Part shown: piece by piece, positions 49,505 to 61,738 of the stretch
Layout of the letters: the number at the start of each line of letters is the position of its first letter
Position numbering within the stretch: the stretch's first letter is position 1
Assembly (NCBI RefSeq): GCF_016433145.1
Contig: NC_058132.1
Coordinates: forward strand, 154,457,702 to 154,521,701
Reading direction: 5' to 3'
From: Gracilinanus agilis
Lineage: Eukaryota
Length of the DNA stretch: 64,000 nt
Position numbers and translations under genes: made by a program
Notes under the pieces: model-generated
The model's input: the letters and a program-made list of their open reading frames with translations, nothing else
The model's database searches: none
What the model was told of the DNA's origin: nothing

Positions 49505-50032
49505 CTTTTTTTTACAAATTAAAGATTTTGGCAACCTTTCCTGCATCAAGCAATTCTATCAGCACCATTTTTTTTTTTCCAACAGTGTGCTCACATGGTG
49601 TTTCTGTGTCATGTTTTAGTAATTCTCATGATATTTCAGACTTTCAAATGATCATATTTGTTACAGTGATCTGTGTTCACTAATCATCAATGTAATTGTT
49701 TTGGGGTACCACAAACCACACCCATTGAAAAGGGCAAACAATCAATTAATGTTGTGCATGTTTTGACTGGTCTACAAACCAAACTTTCTCATCTTTCTCC
49801 TTCTCTTACGGGTTCCCTATTCCCTGAAATATTGAAATTAGGCCAATTGATAACCTTACAATGGCCTCTAAGTTCAAATGAAAGGAAGAGTTAAATCAAT
49901 GGGGGTCAACTTCACTGTTGTCTTATTTTAAGAAATATCTACTGGGAAACCAAAGAATTCATGTGACTCACTTTATTGCGATATTCTCTTTATTGCAGTG
50001 GTGAGGAACTGTCTGTCATATCTCAGAGCTTG
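49505..50032 (+). mobile_element. Internally deleted Tigger1-like (pogo/Tc1-mariner) element
   Basis: Matches recalled Tigger1 5' region (ttttacaaatt...aatattgaaattaggccaatt.ataacc.tacaATGgcctctaag...gaaaggaagag). It then jumps to the Tigger1 3' region (cttcactgttgtcttattttaagaaat...gtgactcactttattgcgatattc.ctttattgc.gtggt). Confidence 0.8.
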
Positions 50033-51589
50033 TACATTCAATAGCATCATCATGGTGCCATAGCCAGAGATTAGCAGCATCTCTGCAATGTGGGAGGAAT
50101 GTACTATATCTCTTCATATGTGCCTAAATACATACAGTCCCTGCATTTATGGCCTTTCTACACATACACCCTGGTCACCTGTGTGCTCATTCATATGTGT
50201 TCCCTCGATATTGCTTCTGTCCCATTGATGGTAAGTACATTGATGGCAAACAGTGCTCCAGGTTCAGGGAAGAAATTATCTCTGGCTACTTTTCTTCTGA
50301 ACCTATTTAATTAAGTGTCTTTGTTTTGAACTAATTGTGCCCTCTGGCTGACTAGTAAAAATAAACACATTGGATGGGCTTATAAGCTATGGATTTTCAA
50401 TGGATGAAGGCCAACAGCATCGTTGAAACATGGGCTAGCTTTTCTGAGGGCCAAATGGATGAAAGACTATATTCCCGGTTCCACCCTAAGAAATAGGTAA
50501 AGGAATGTTTAATAGGGAAGCTGAGAGAGTCAGCTTCTTTGACCAGAATTCCATAAGAATTGTGCAGTTTGGGGATTTCATCAGACCATTATTGTCTTCT
50601 AATTAAAATGTGCAAATAAGGAAAATATTAAAATAGCCTTATAGGAGATTTTCCCACTTTCCATTAAAGTTCTACTGCTCAGGTGTTAAGTTTTAATAAA
50701 TATATTATTAATAAAAACCAGTTTGCTGTTTTAGCACACATAAGATAACCTATTAAATCTAAATTAAAATGCTTTATTAAGTGCAGGCGATTCCTGAGGG
50801 GGTGAAAATGAATATAAGCAGACTGACTCAGAGGTTCATCCACTCCTGACACATTTAAATCTATGGATCCCAAATGGGCTTTGCCTTTCTTCCTATGACC
50901 CTAAGCCTCCCACTAAGCACTCTGTCTCCTTAGGCCTAGCGTGTGGCAGTGCATCCCCCTGCCTCCTATTGCTTCCACAAGGGCACGCCACACATTACAT
51001 TTCTTCAGTGAGATCTCAGGCCCTTTGCTGCTACTCTATCAAAAGGTCAGAATACCAGTTTGAAGGTAAACTGTTGTCTAGATTTCAGGCTCTCAGAAGG
51101 GGGCACTATGGAAAGACCCTGGAAACATCTCCTTTATTACTTATAAATTCACTCAAATCAGTGGTTCTTCAGAGATGAGCACAAGTAGCTGTGGGGATTC
51201 AGAAAGACTCACTGTACACATTCTGGAATAGACTTACATGGGCTTTGTTGAGGCAAAATGAGATGAAAATTTGAGGTGGTTATAGTGACGATTCAGACTC
51301 TCACCCCTTCTGCTCCCCAAAAAAGTATAGAGCGGGATATAGAGGGTAAGGTGTTGATTTTTTTTGACTCAGGGTGTGCTCTATTTTATTCAGAATTAAA
51401 AGGAAATTAGATAGATCAGGGTGTAAGTTAGAAGAAGCCAAAATTAAACAATACCTAGGAAAGCTGATTTCTACTGTTTGAGGGTTGTTTAATATTCTTT
51501 TTAAATCTGAATATGATGAATTTATCTAAATTTAGCCAAGAACTTTTAACATTTCCCTGAATCCTTACATGATATGGGGAAAGGATGAG

Positions 51590-51860
51590 GAGGGTATAAA
51601 TATTTACATAGGACCTACTACATGCCAGGAACTATGATAAAAACTTCACAAATATTATCTTACTATATCCTAAATCAACCCTAAAAATAAGTATTATTAT
51701 TATTATTATTCCAATTTTACAGTAGAAGAAACTGAGGCAAACAGCAATTGAGTGACTCACCAGGGGTCATATAGCTAGTAAATATCTGAGGTTGGATTTG
51801 AATCCAGGTCTTCTTTATTCCTGGCCCATTGTGCTAGCTATTGCACTACCATCTGTAGTT
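51590..51860 (-). mobile_element. Marsupial MIR-family SINE
   Basis: ttttacagtagaagaaactgaggcaaac...ggatttgaatccaggtc. Confidence 0.8.
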
Positions 51861-53489
51861 AATACCTACCTTCTACTGATCTCAGTGGCCTTGATGATCT
51901 GGACATTAGAAATTTCTCCACAGATGATAAGCTCTTTGAAGGCAAGGACTATCTTTTTATCTCTTTTTGCATTCCCAGCATAATTCCTGTCACATGGGAG
52001 GTGCTTAATACCTGTTTATTAATTAGTTTATTAATTGTACATAAATGGGAGGAAAGTACTGGAGAGAAAAATTAAAGGGGAGAATGGACTTTCAGAGTCT
52101 GAGAACATCTTAATGAAGGGAGTTAAAGCAAATCTGCCTGAATCTATTCCACTTGACCAGAGAAAGGCAGAATCAGTGAGGAAAATCAATCAAAAGCAGA
52201 CTTCAACTTTACCCAAGATTATAAATTTTAAACAGGAAATAGAATATCTTCTCCAAGCCCTCATTTATAATAATTAAAGAGGCCCCCAAATGTAATGTGC
52301 CACAGAATAACATAATGAATTGCCCATCACTGGAGTCTTCAGAGGACAGATGACTATTTGGAAATATTTTGGAGAGGTATTATGGTATCTTAGTATTGTG
52401 CTGGACCTGGGTTATCTGATTCTTTCCTTTCATATTTATTGCCCATAACCATCATTCAAGGTAGCAATCCCTATAGAGATGGGAACCACCAGCTCTGCTG
52501 CCACCCAAACCTATCACACCTGCCATCAATAGCCCAGGTAGTACCTCTAGACCACTGATCTGTCCCACTTGCCATCATACAGGGGAGACTCCCTTCGGAG
52601 TCCACAGTCTGGCAATTTACTCAGCAATTGCTGCAGTTCCCCCTGCTTCAATCACACCCCTATTCTCATTCCCATCTCCTAAGCTTCTGAAGAGCCAGAA
52701 AAGAAAGTTCAATGTCCTAGGCACCATCAAATGGCTCAAAAAACTGAAAAAAAGGATATAATTATATTGATATAACTAACAGTAAAGAAGATAAATTACC
52801 ATCTGCTTTACCTCATCACCCTAAGGATCACTAGACCATTTCATCTGACTTGAACCTGAACCCTATTATACGCTGTTTCTCCCATTAGAATGTGAATCCT
52901 CTTAGAGCAGGCAGTATCTTCCTTAGTAAAATTGAATTTGCACCACTAGCACTTAGCACAATGTTTATACAGAGTAAATAGTTAATTCATTCTTTCATAA
53001 ATTTATGTGGTCATTCATTTACTAGCTGAATCTCTCAGTTTCTGTTTTCTCATCTGTCAGATGGGAATAATGATACCTGCCTCAGAGTCATGAGGCTCAA
53101 ATGAAGTTTTTAATATTTTGCAAATTCTGCAGCATTCTATAAATGCCAGTTATTATTTGCATTAACTCATATTTACATATCTCACCTATATTATATATAT
53201 TCGATATTCACACAACATTGTGAGATTAGGTACTATAATATTAATATCCACTGTGTAGATCAGAAAACCAGGGCTCATTTCAGTCAGATGACTTTACAGG
53301 GCCACAGAGCTATCAAGTGAGTGTCTTAGGCAAGATTCCAAACCAGGTCTTCCTGACCCAAAGTTCTGTATGTCTGGTGCTATGTGAAACTGCTACTCTA
53401 ATTATTATTAGATAAAATTTGGAATTGGTTTATAGTTGGACTAAATAACCTCTGAGGTCTCTTCCAATTGTGGGATTTTTTTTTGTGGA

Positions 53490-53740
53490 TAGCAAAGAAG
53501 GGAATAAGTATTTATATAGCACCTACTCTATGTACTGCTCTAAGCATTTTTATAAATATTATCTCATTTGATCTTCACAACAACCCTGTGACATAAGGAT
53601 TGCAATTAAACATATTTTATATTTGAGGAAACTGAGGCAGTCAGGTTAAGTGAATTGACCAGAGTCACACAGTTCAGATCTGAGGCTAAATTTGAAAAGT
53701 CAGGAATTCCTGACTTTTCCCCCATGCTCTCTCACGATCA
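53490..53740 (-). mobile_element. Marsupial MIR-family SINE
   Basis: gggaataagtatttatatagcacctactc...gaggaaactgaggcag...gaccagagtcacacag. Confidence 0.8.
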
Positions 53741-53789
53741 ACTTTCTGTTTTTAGATCTTTTTGCATTTCCTGAAAGAAATGAAGTTAG

Positions 53790-53983
53790 ATTAGCAGTGG
53801 ATAAAGTGCTAAGACCAAAGTCAAGAAGACTCTTCTTCCTGAATCCAAGTTATTTAAACTGGTTTGCTCAGTTTCCTCATCTATAAAATGAGCTAGAGAA
53901 GAAAATGGCAAACCACTTCAGTACTTTTCCCAAGAAAATCTCATCATGAAGAGTCAGACATAACTGAAACAAGTGAACAACAA
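53790..53983 (+). mobile_element. Mar1-type SINE
   Basis: cagtttcctcatctataaaatgagctagagaagaaaatggcaaaccacttcag...gaagagtcagac...gaacaacaa. Confidence 0.85.
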
Positions 53984-55451
53984 TAAAATGAAGCTGTTAG
54001 AAGGAAAAGTAATGCCTTATTCAGAATGGCCTTCTGAATCTTGAAATGCTTTCCTTTCCAGTTCTACTCAAATGTCAGATGAAGGTATCTATGAATTCTC
54101 TCTTCTCTCTGACCCAGTTTAGTCATTCCTAATAGAAAGATATGTGAATAAAGTAAATATCATGCATCATGCCCTCCATGCTTTCCTATTCCTCAGTAGA
54201 TTAGTGTAAATTAAATTTCACAGTAACCTACCTGTTCTCCATTAGATTTGGCAAGATCCAAGAAATTGCTATGAATTATGTCTACACCAATTGTTCAATG
54301 GAGGAAGAGGGATTATTACTAATCATAATATTAGCCTGTTATGCTGGATAGACTGACTGTTCTGTAGCCTTTTACTGTGTCAATGCCTTTTGCTCAGATA
54401 CAACATGACCTACCCTATACGTCTCCTAAATGAGACCAGCTTTTTCTGTAACAATTCTGTGCATTGCCATTGTTCACAGAGCCAATAAAATTGCAAATTC
54501 ACTGGCAATTTTAACACTAAATAAAATGACTGGCTGGAACTCACATAGGAGAGAGAACCACACTAAATTAAAATCATGAGTAATGTTAGTGGAATAGAGC
54601 TATAATGGACCAAACCACCTTCATGCTTTTGAATGAGGTAGAGAGACAAGAGGAAGAATATAGATAGGTAAGCCCACACTACCCTAAAGCCACCAGTTTA
54701 TTTAAAACATCCAGTATACCCATGTTTACACGATCACAGTTTACATTTTTCCTGCAATTTACACTCCTCCTTCCAGCCAATTACATTTTCTGTGTTGCTA
54801 ATGTATTAAGTTCAAGCAATTTGCACTCATTTCTCAGAACTTATTAGTTAATATCCCACTTGTTTTCTGTGAAACAGGCCCCAAAGAGCTGGGAGTACGA
54901 TTTAAGCTCCAGAGAGCCTAGTGATTTCTTTGGAGATGTGTAGCTCAAATATACAATATGAGTCCTGAAAACAAGCACCCCTATAGGAGCTATGAAAATC
55001 TTGACAATGCTTCCTGGGACAATGTTCAAGATAGCATTGCTGAGAAATACTATAGAAATTTGTCTCTTCCAAAAACTCTTTTGGTAATTTGGTAGGAAGT
55101 CATCAAATCAGAGGATCTAGAATTTTTTTTTATCTAGAATTAAACATCACCTCAGAGGGTGTTCAATCTAATCTTCATATTTTATTGATGAGGAAATGGG
55201 TTGGAGGTAAAGTTATTTGCCCAAGACCACACAAGTGACCCAGGACTTTATTATTATATTCCATACTTTCGCCATGCTGCCTCTCAACATAGATATCATA
55301 GTCTTTACAAAACTAGGAAGTCTAAATTGCAGCTACCTTCACTAATTACAGTTAGATGCTCTTTGTGATTCTGGCACTTGCAGAAAGAAGGCAGGAAGAC
55401 AGGAAAACAGTCAGGTAGACAAGAAGAAAGGAAGGGAAACAGGAAACCAGG

Positions 55452-55545
55452 AGGAAGGAAGGAAGGAAGGAAGGAAGGAAGGAAGGAAGGAAGGAAGGAA
55501 GGAAGGAAGGAAGAGAGGGAGGAAGAAAGGAAGGAAGGAGGTAGG
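55452..55545. repeat. (GGAA)n with purine-rich flanks
   Basis: Read directly. Confidence 0.97.
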
Positions 55546-55676
55546 AAGAGAAGAAGGGAGGCATGAAGGAAAACACTCCCTTATTTAAAGTTTCCCATGG
55601 GTTGGTCTCTTCACCCATCTTATTTCCCAGTAGCCCATAACTAATAACTCTAAGCCCATAACTAATAACTCTAAGG

Positions 55677-55895
55677 CCATGTTGATGAATCTATGGCACA
55701 AGTGCTAGAAGGGGCTGCTCCCCTACTCCTTTCCACATGCACCTGAGGAGATTTCTCACTTCACCTCCTGCCCCTGCCCAGTGGTCTAATGGGAACACTG
55801 CCTTCCTCTCTTGTCTTGGGTAAGGCAGTAGGGCTCACTGGTGTCCTGAGGATTACAGTTTGGGCACTTGGTCTCTAAAAGGTTCACCATCACTG
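55677..55895 (+). mobile_element. hAT MITE (OposCharlie-like), short derivative of the family at 61072-61496
   Basis: Left end ccatgttgatgaatctatggcac (degenerate), right end ggtctctaaaaggttcaccatcactg. 8-bp TSD ctctaagg (55669-55676) / ctgtaaga (55896-55903). Confidence 0.85.
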
Positions 55896-56537
55896 CTGTA
55901 AGATAAAAATCACCTGTAACATAACTGCAAAGTATTTATTCTGTCTGCTGGATTATGGTTGTCCCAATGGCTTGTGGCTTATGTCACCAAAATGGAGAAT
56001 TCTTTTGTTATTTACAGCATGGAAATATCTTAACTGAGCTGAATTACAATGATTGATGGTTCTGTGATATGCCAGCTACATCCAGTGTCTCAGTGGAGGT
56101 TATCCTATCAATCCCTTTTCTATTCAGATTCAGGAGAATGACTATTTAAGTGAAAGATTAGTGATTCTCTTTGGGTGCCTCAGATTTCCTTCTTCCTCCC
56201 TATCTAGGAGCATAGTCACAGAAAAGTAAACACTATGGCTTCCATAGCAGCCTGCACTTTTATAATGTTCTTAATGGCAATCCATCCTAACTTCACAGCA
56301 AAAGAAAACTTTTATTATAAGAGTCTATGCACCTACATCTCTCTTTTCTCTCTCTCCCTTGCTCATCTCTTTCTCTCTCTCTCCTCTATTTATATTAGAT
56401 ATAATATATAAAACACATGTATATGTAAGTATAAATGTATATAAACATATATGTACACATATATACACATACAATGTAGTTCTACAAATGCATTATGTTA
56501 GCACTCTAATCGATAAAAAAAATGAGAAGACATAATG

Positions 56538-56595
56538 GCAGGAAGGAAGAAAGGAAGGAAGGAAGGGAGGAAGGAAGGAAGGAAGGAAAGAAGAA
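56538..56595. repeat. Imperfect (GGAA)n
   Basis: Read directly. Confidence 0.9.
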
Positions 56596-58319
56596 AATAA
56601 GCATTTTTTAAAAACACAAATTAATTTATTATAAGGCTCTTTAAAAATAATTTGACCAATGTGTATTTATTAAGCATTTCCTATGTGCCAGTCAGTCAGT
56701 GGGTTAAGTGCTGGTGATACAAAGTCAAAAGTGAAATAGCCGCAGGCTTTTGGGAGAAATATAACAGATAAATGCCATCCGATGAATAAAGGGTAGAACT
56801 GAACTACATTTCAAGGGTATAATATGGCTAAATAAAACTGACTATTGATTTGCCCTTGTTCACTTTTGAAACAATAAGTTGAGTGAGACTGGAGGATGCA
56901 AAAAAGGTCTTTTGTAACATGATTAAGGGAAGGAGAAGTTATGTATATGAACATATTTAGACATGGATTTATCTTCTTTTCAAGAGAGGTTTTAGCCTCA
57001 AGATAGAAACATACACTGTACCAGAAGATGTAAGACTTTTGAAAGTTTGCCAGTTTGCCTAAAGGTATAAACTGACTAAAAAAAGTTAATATATTTCATA
57101 TTCTGCTACTGAAAAGCTATGTGACCTTGGGGACGTAATTTCTCCTCTATGGGCTAGAATAGATCATTTCTAAGTTTCCTTTCAAATCTAAACACGAGGA
57201 TGCTATAAGACTGTGATACACTTCTGTTCTATTATAAAATAAATAGGCTTTTGCAGGCTGGCCCGATGATGCAACTATAGTGCATAACATTACTTTTTTA
57301 GGGAAATGAGATTTGAGTTTCAAATAACCTCCTTAACAAATGAACTTTTGGATTCCAACCTATGTAGAAGATGGGGACTGTGTGTATATGCATGTATATA
57401 AAAGTCTTCATAGTCTATTAGACATCTGTGCAGCAATTCTCTCAGATTATCTCTATTTCTCTGTCCTCTGGTTCCCAAGAGAGGTCTGGGCATAGAAAGA
57501 CAGCCAGCTCCCAGATCTCAAGGCTGCTCCATGCTCCAGGTGAAAAAAAAGAGAGCTTCCTGACAGTGAAGATGCCACAGCTGCCTAGGTAGGCAGTCCC
57601 TTCTCCCAAGGCTCACAGAGGTCCTTGGTTCCCAGGCTGTTGGAATATTGGCTGCCATCAGTGCCAAAGCCACTTACATTCTCAGCTGTCTTGATGGCGT
57701 CATCCGCACTTTAATTCCTAATTGCTTAAAAGCACTGGTAGTTATGTACTCAAAAGACAGGCTATAAAATCTTATGCAGCAGGAAATCAGCTGACTGCAG
57801 TGGGGAGGTCAAGATGCAGTTTCCATCCTGTCCCTGCAAGAATACAATACAAACAATTTCTCTGAGTTTTCACTTTTCCCCAAATGCCTCGTAGGTTGAA
57901 GAGGGACAAAAGTTGGCATCCTGGAAAGAGTACTGGATCTGTTCTTGCACTCCCCTCAAACACAGCAATGTTTCTGATGAAGTGCTCAACCAGCGAGTGA
58001 CTTGGACAAGCCGGTGAAACTTCCTGGTTAGCTATCTCTAAATCTGGACATTTCTGAGGTTTTTCTTCTCACTGGTGTCCAGGGTGGCCTGCCTCCTAGC
58101 TAGAAACTTCTTCTGTGCTCAAATGTCTTATTGCCAATAAATCCTCCATAAAGGTTATGGTAGACAAGAGGATCAAGGAGAAGCTTCTTCCCTTTAGGAT
58201 GAGGAGTAGGTTCCCAGCCTTGTCTACTTTAAGTTACAAGTTTTCAGAGAAAGCAGTGGTTCTGTTAATCCCCCCCTGAAATGTCACAGAGCAGGAGCCA
58301 GTGAAAGTGAGTGGTTGGG

Positions 58320-58467
58320 NNNNNNNNNNNNNNNNNNNNNNNNNNNNNNNNNNNNNNNNNNNNNNNNNNNNNNNNNNNNNNNNNNNNNNNNNNNNNNNNN
58401 NNNNNNNNNNNNNNNNNNNNNNNNNNNNNNNNNNNNNNNNNNNNNNNNNNNNNNNNNNNNNNNNNNN
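58320..58467. other. Assembly gap (148 N)
   Basis: Run of N. Confidence 1.
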
Positions 58468-58711
58468 TCATCATCCAGAAACTAATTAAAGGCTGCGCAG
58501 GAAGCTGGGGCTCACACACTCCAGAGAACAAAATGCATTAGCAACCAGAGTCAAAAAAAATATTACAAGTGAACTTTATATCGGAAAGGGCAAGTTGGGA
58601 ATTTGACAATAACTCTCTTTCTCCCTCATCAGCTCACAGCGGGCGGAAGTGGGCCCATCAGGATGTCGATGAGATCTTGACATGAGGCCATCTGCTGCCT
58701 GTTGTGGTTCA

Positions 58712-58712
58712 A

Positions 58713-58784
<72 letters not shown>

Positions 58785-58843
58785 TTCCTTTCTTTTCTGC
58801 CATTCTATCNNNNNNNNNNNNNNNACTCCTCTCTCTCTCTCTC

Positions 58844-58897
<54 letters not shown>

Positions 58898-58922
58898 TTC
58901 CTTTCTTTTCTGCCATTCTATC
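58712..58922. repeat. (CT)n block present twice across a 15-N gap (58810-58824)
   Basis: actc(ct)n-tctttcctttcttttctgccattctatc at 58712-58809 and 58825-58922. Confidence 0.95.
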
Positions 58923-61071
58923 TCTTCCTGTCTCTGTGTCTCTTTCTCTGTCTCTGTCTTTCTTAGTCTTTGTTTCTGTCTCTTCATGTGTGTTTCTGTG
59001 TCTGCATCTGTCTGTCTCTGTCTTTGTTTCTGTCTGTGTCTCTGTCTATCTCTCTTGTCTCTTTTATCATCTGACCTTTTTTTGGGGGGGAAATATGACT
59101 TTTCACTCTAGCATCTTCTATTTTGGCCAAGGTCTTTAGGATTTTTGTTGGAAGTGATTGTGTATTTGTCTTAAAGCAATGTCTTTTGAGCTCTGCTCAA
59201 AAGAAACCTTTTCCACTCAGTTGTTTTGTTGCTGCTTCATAAAACTAGTAAAGCAAGATGCAGAGAGAAATAGCCCATGCCCCTGTGCCTTAAAGAGAAT
59301 TGGCGACTGAAGGCTTAGGTGATTTTTGCTTTGAAGCAACAAAGACTCCAACCTAACTCTTTGGTTCCTTAATGATCCAAAGCAGGGATGAGTTGCCCTT
59401 CTCTGTCCTTCCCAATTAACAGCAACAGTGTTGTTTGGTGGTAATTTTCTTTGCTGGATTTTTTGATATCAGCAGGGCTTGTCATTAGCAATGGTGCTGG
59501 GTCTTGTTGAATCATTCACACTCTGGCTCAGTGCCGCACAGAGCTCTATGTCCAGTGAGGATTACAATGAAAACTGTCATTGCTGGATTAGTGGTTGCTT
59601 TGTCCCTCTCTTCTAATAACCATGCAGCAGCTGCCATACCCAAGCACATCTGCTTCCCTGTTGGGTAGTAGACACCTACATTCACTGTGGCAGTCTTTGC
59701 CTCTGGACAAGTAGCTAGGGGCAAGGATCCAATCGCTTCCGGGAAAGTTCTCATTCTGTTTCTTCTTCTAAGGCCCTAGGTCATTAAAGAAAATGAAGGC
59801 CAGCATCCTGTTTTCCTTTCACTGAGAAAGTGGTATTGAAAACCACTGAAAAAATAAACAAGAGGGAAAAAAGCAACCAAAAAAACTATCTCTAGCCAAT
59901 AAATTAAAAACAAGACCATGCTACTGAAGATAAATCAGAAACTTTAATATTTTTCCCCTGCTCTGAGCATCTTCAAGGAACATAGGACAGGTGTCTCCTG
60001 GCTGAAGTATTGGTTAAAAAGCTGTCCTTTAAATTACATTTGGACTATTTTTTTTCCTGTCTGGCTATATTTTTTGTGATATATCTGGAGGTTTAAAAAG
60101 ACACACAGAGAAATAAATCTCAGTTCTATTAAGCACACACTATGGGTTTGCATATTTATTCTTACATTTTGCCTCTTTTTCTCTTTCTCTTATCTCATCC
60201 CATCATCATACATTGGCACAAAAAATGTTTATGATTACCCCTAGACATGCTGATATGAATCTAATTCCCTATTGTTATGGCTATTCATCATCACAGAGTC
60301 TTTCCTGCCTTTTTATTAAGCTATAGTCCTCTTACTCTGGCACATCTTATAACTGCAGACATAAGTTCATCAGTACTCCTGCTCATTCATTTGTAGAGGC
60401 AATAGAGCCTGGGAATGGGTCTACTCTTAGCTACACCTTGGATCAGAGTCAGGGTCAGTACACATAGTATAAGAATGTCTTACTATACTCTAGGTTAGAT
60501 TAATACAAGCTAATGCAATTGCCTTCACTTCAAATTAGGCATTGGCCTCAGCTAGAACGAATCAATATTTAATAATTGTGAAATGTGTTGGGGGAGTCGG
60601 CAAGAGGGGATGGATCTGTCTTGTCCCTCACAGGTGATTGACTGACAGCTACAATCTTGTATATAATAATGTTTGTTGCTGAATTCTCTGTCAATTCTTC
60701 TATTGTGTTTTGTTTTGTTGTGTTTTGTTAAGAAAATAAGGAATGTTAGCAACCCCTAAAGTGAACAATAAAATACATTAAGTTAAACCCCTTAAAGATA
60801 TGTGTCTAGACCTAAGTGGTTAGACACTGAAAGTGAATCTATATAAAGTAAGATAATGGAATATTCCTCTCTAGAAATGTCCAGTCCTATCTGAAACTCC
60901 AGAAAATGGTCGAATAGGTTCTCTCAGCCTGGGGTCCATGAACCTTAAAATAAAATATTTAATAAAATAAAATATTTTAAATTAAAGTTTGTTTCCTTTG
61001 TTATCCTATGTAATTTATTTTCTGTACTTGAAAACATGATTTTGAGAAGGAATCCATAGGTTTCCCTAGAC

Positions 61072-61496
61072 CAGTGATGGTGAATCTATGGGATGGGTGC
61101 CAAAGATGGCATGCAGAGCACTCTCTCTGTAGGCAGGTGAGCCACTGCCACCCACCCCAGTTTGTTACCAGAAAGGAAAAGGGACTCAAGTCGAGCTGTT
61201 CCCCTCCCCTTCTCCTCTGTTCCTGATGACACTTTTCATATCTCCCACCCCTCTGCCCAGTAGTCCAGTAGAACTGCATAGGGGGTAAGATGGGTGGCTC
61301 ACTGGCAGCAGAGCTAAAGGGGAGCAGAGTGCTTGGACCACTCTCCTGCCCTTTCTACATTCCATGAGGATATTCCTCACTTCACTAGCCAAGCAGCCCA
61401 ATGGGAGTGCTTTCTCTTTCCCCTGAGGGGCACAACACTTGGTCTGGTGAGTTGGGTGGGCCTGGCACTCCATCTCTAAAATGTTCCCCATTAGTG
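61072..61496 (+). mobile_element. hAT MITE A (OposCharlie-like, 425 bp)
   Basis: Left TIR cagtgatggtgaatct, right end atgttccccattagtg. Flanked by ccctagac at 61064-61071 and 61497-61504. Confidence 0.9.
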
Positions 61497-61504
61497 CCCT
61501 AGAC

Positions 61505-61708
61505 CAGTGATGGGTAAACTATAGCCTGCAGGCCAGATGTGGCCCTCTGAAATGTTCTATCCAGCCTTGAGACATTATTCCTAATCTGATGAATACAATG
61601 AATAGGATACAATACAATTAAACTTCGAAAGAGTTGCCTTAGAAACAGACTGACAGATGAGCATTTCCTTTCCTTTGGCCCCCTCTTTAAAAAGTTTGCC
61701 CATCACTG
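61505..61708 (+). mobile_element. hAT MITE B (204 bp)
   Basis: TIRs cagtgatgggtaaact / agtttgcccatcactg (15/16 match). Flanked by ccctagac (61497-61504) and ccttagac (61709-61716). Confidence 0.93.
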
Positions 61709-61738
61709 CCTTAGACTGTCAAAGGAATCCTGAACACC

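Larger units (their letters stand above)
60914..61735 (+). mobile_element. Older Charlie-like hAT element hosting two younger MITEs
   Basis: ggttctctcagcctggggtccatgaac...gagaaggaatccataggtttccctagac | resumes tgtcaaaggaatcctgaacac after the inserts. This matches a recalled marsupial Charlie-type consensus (ggtccataggcttcaccagactgccaaaggggtccatgacac). Confidence 0.65.

Noticed and set aside
55352-55618. ORFs rich in LPSF or GRKE repeats
   Set aside because: They are translations of the (GGAA)n tract.
58265-59139. Several ORFs with poly-LS/ER runs or X runs
   Set aside because: They are translations of (CT)n/(GA)n microsatellites and gaps.
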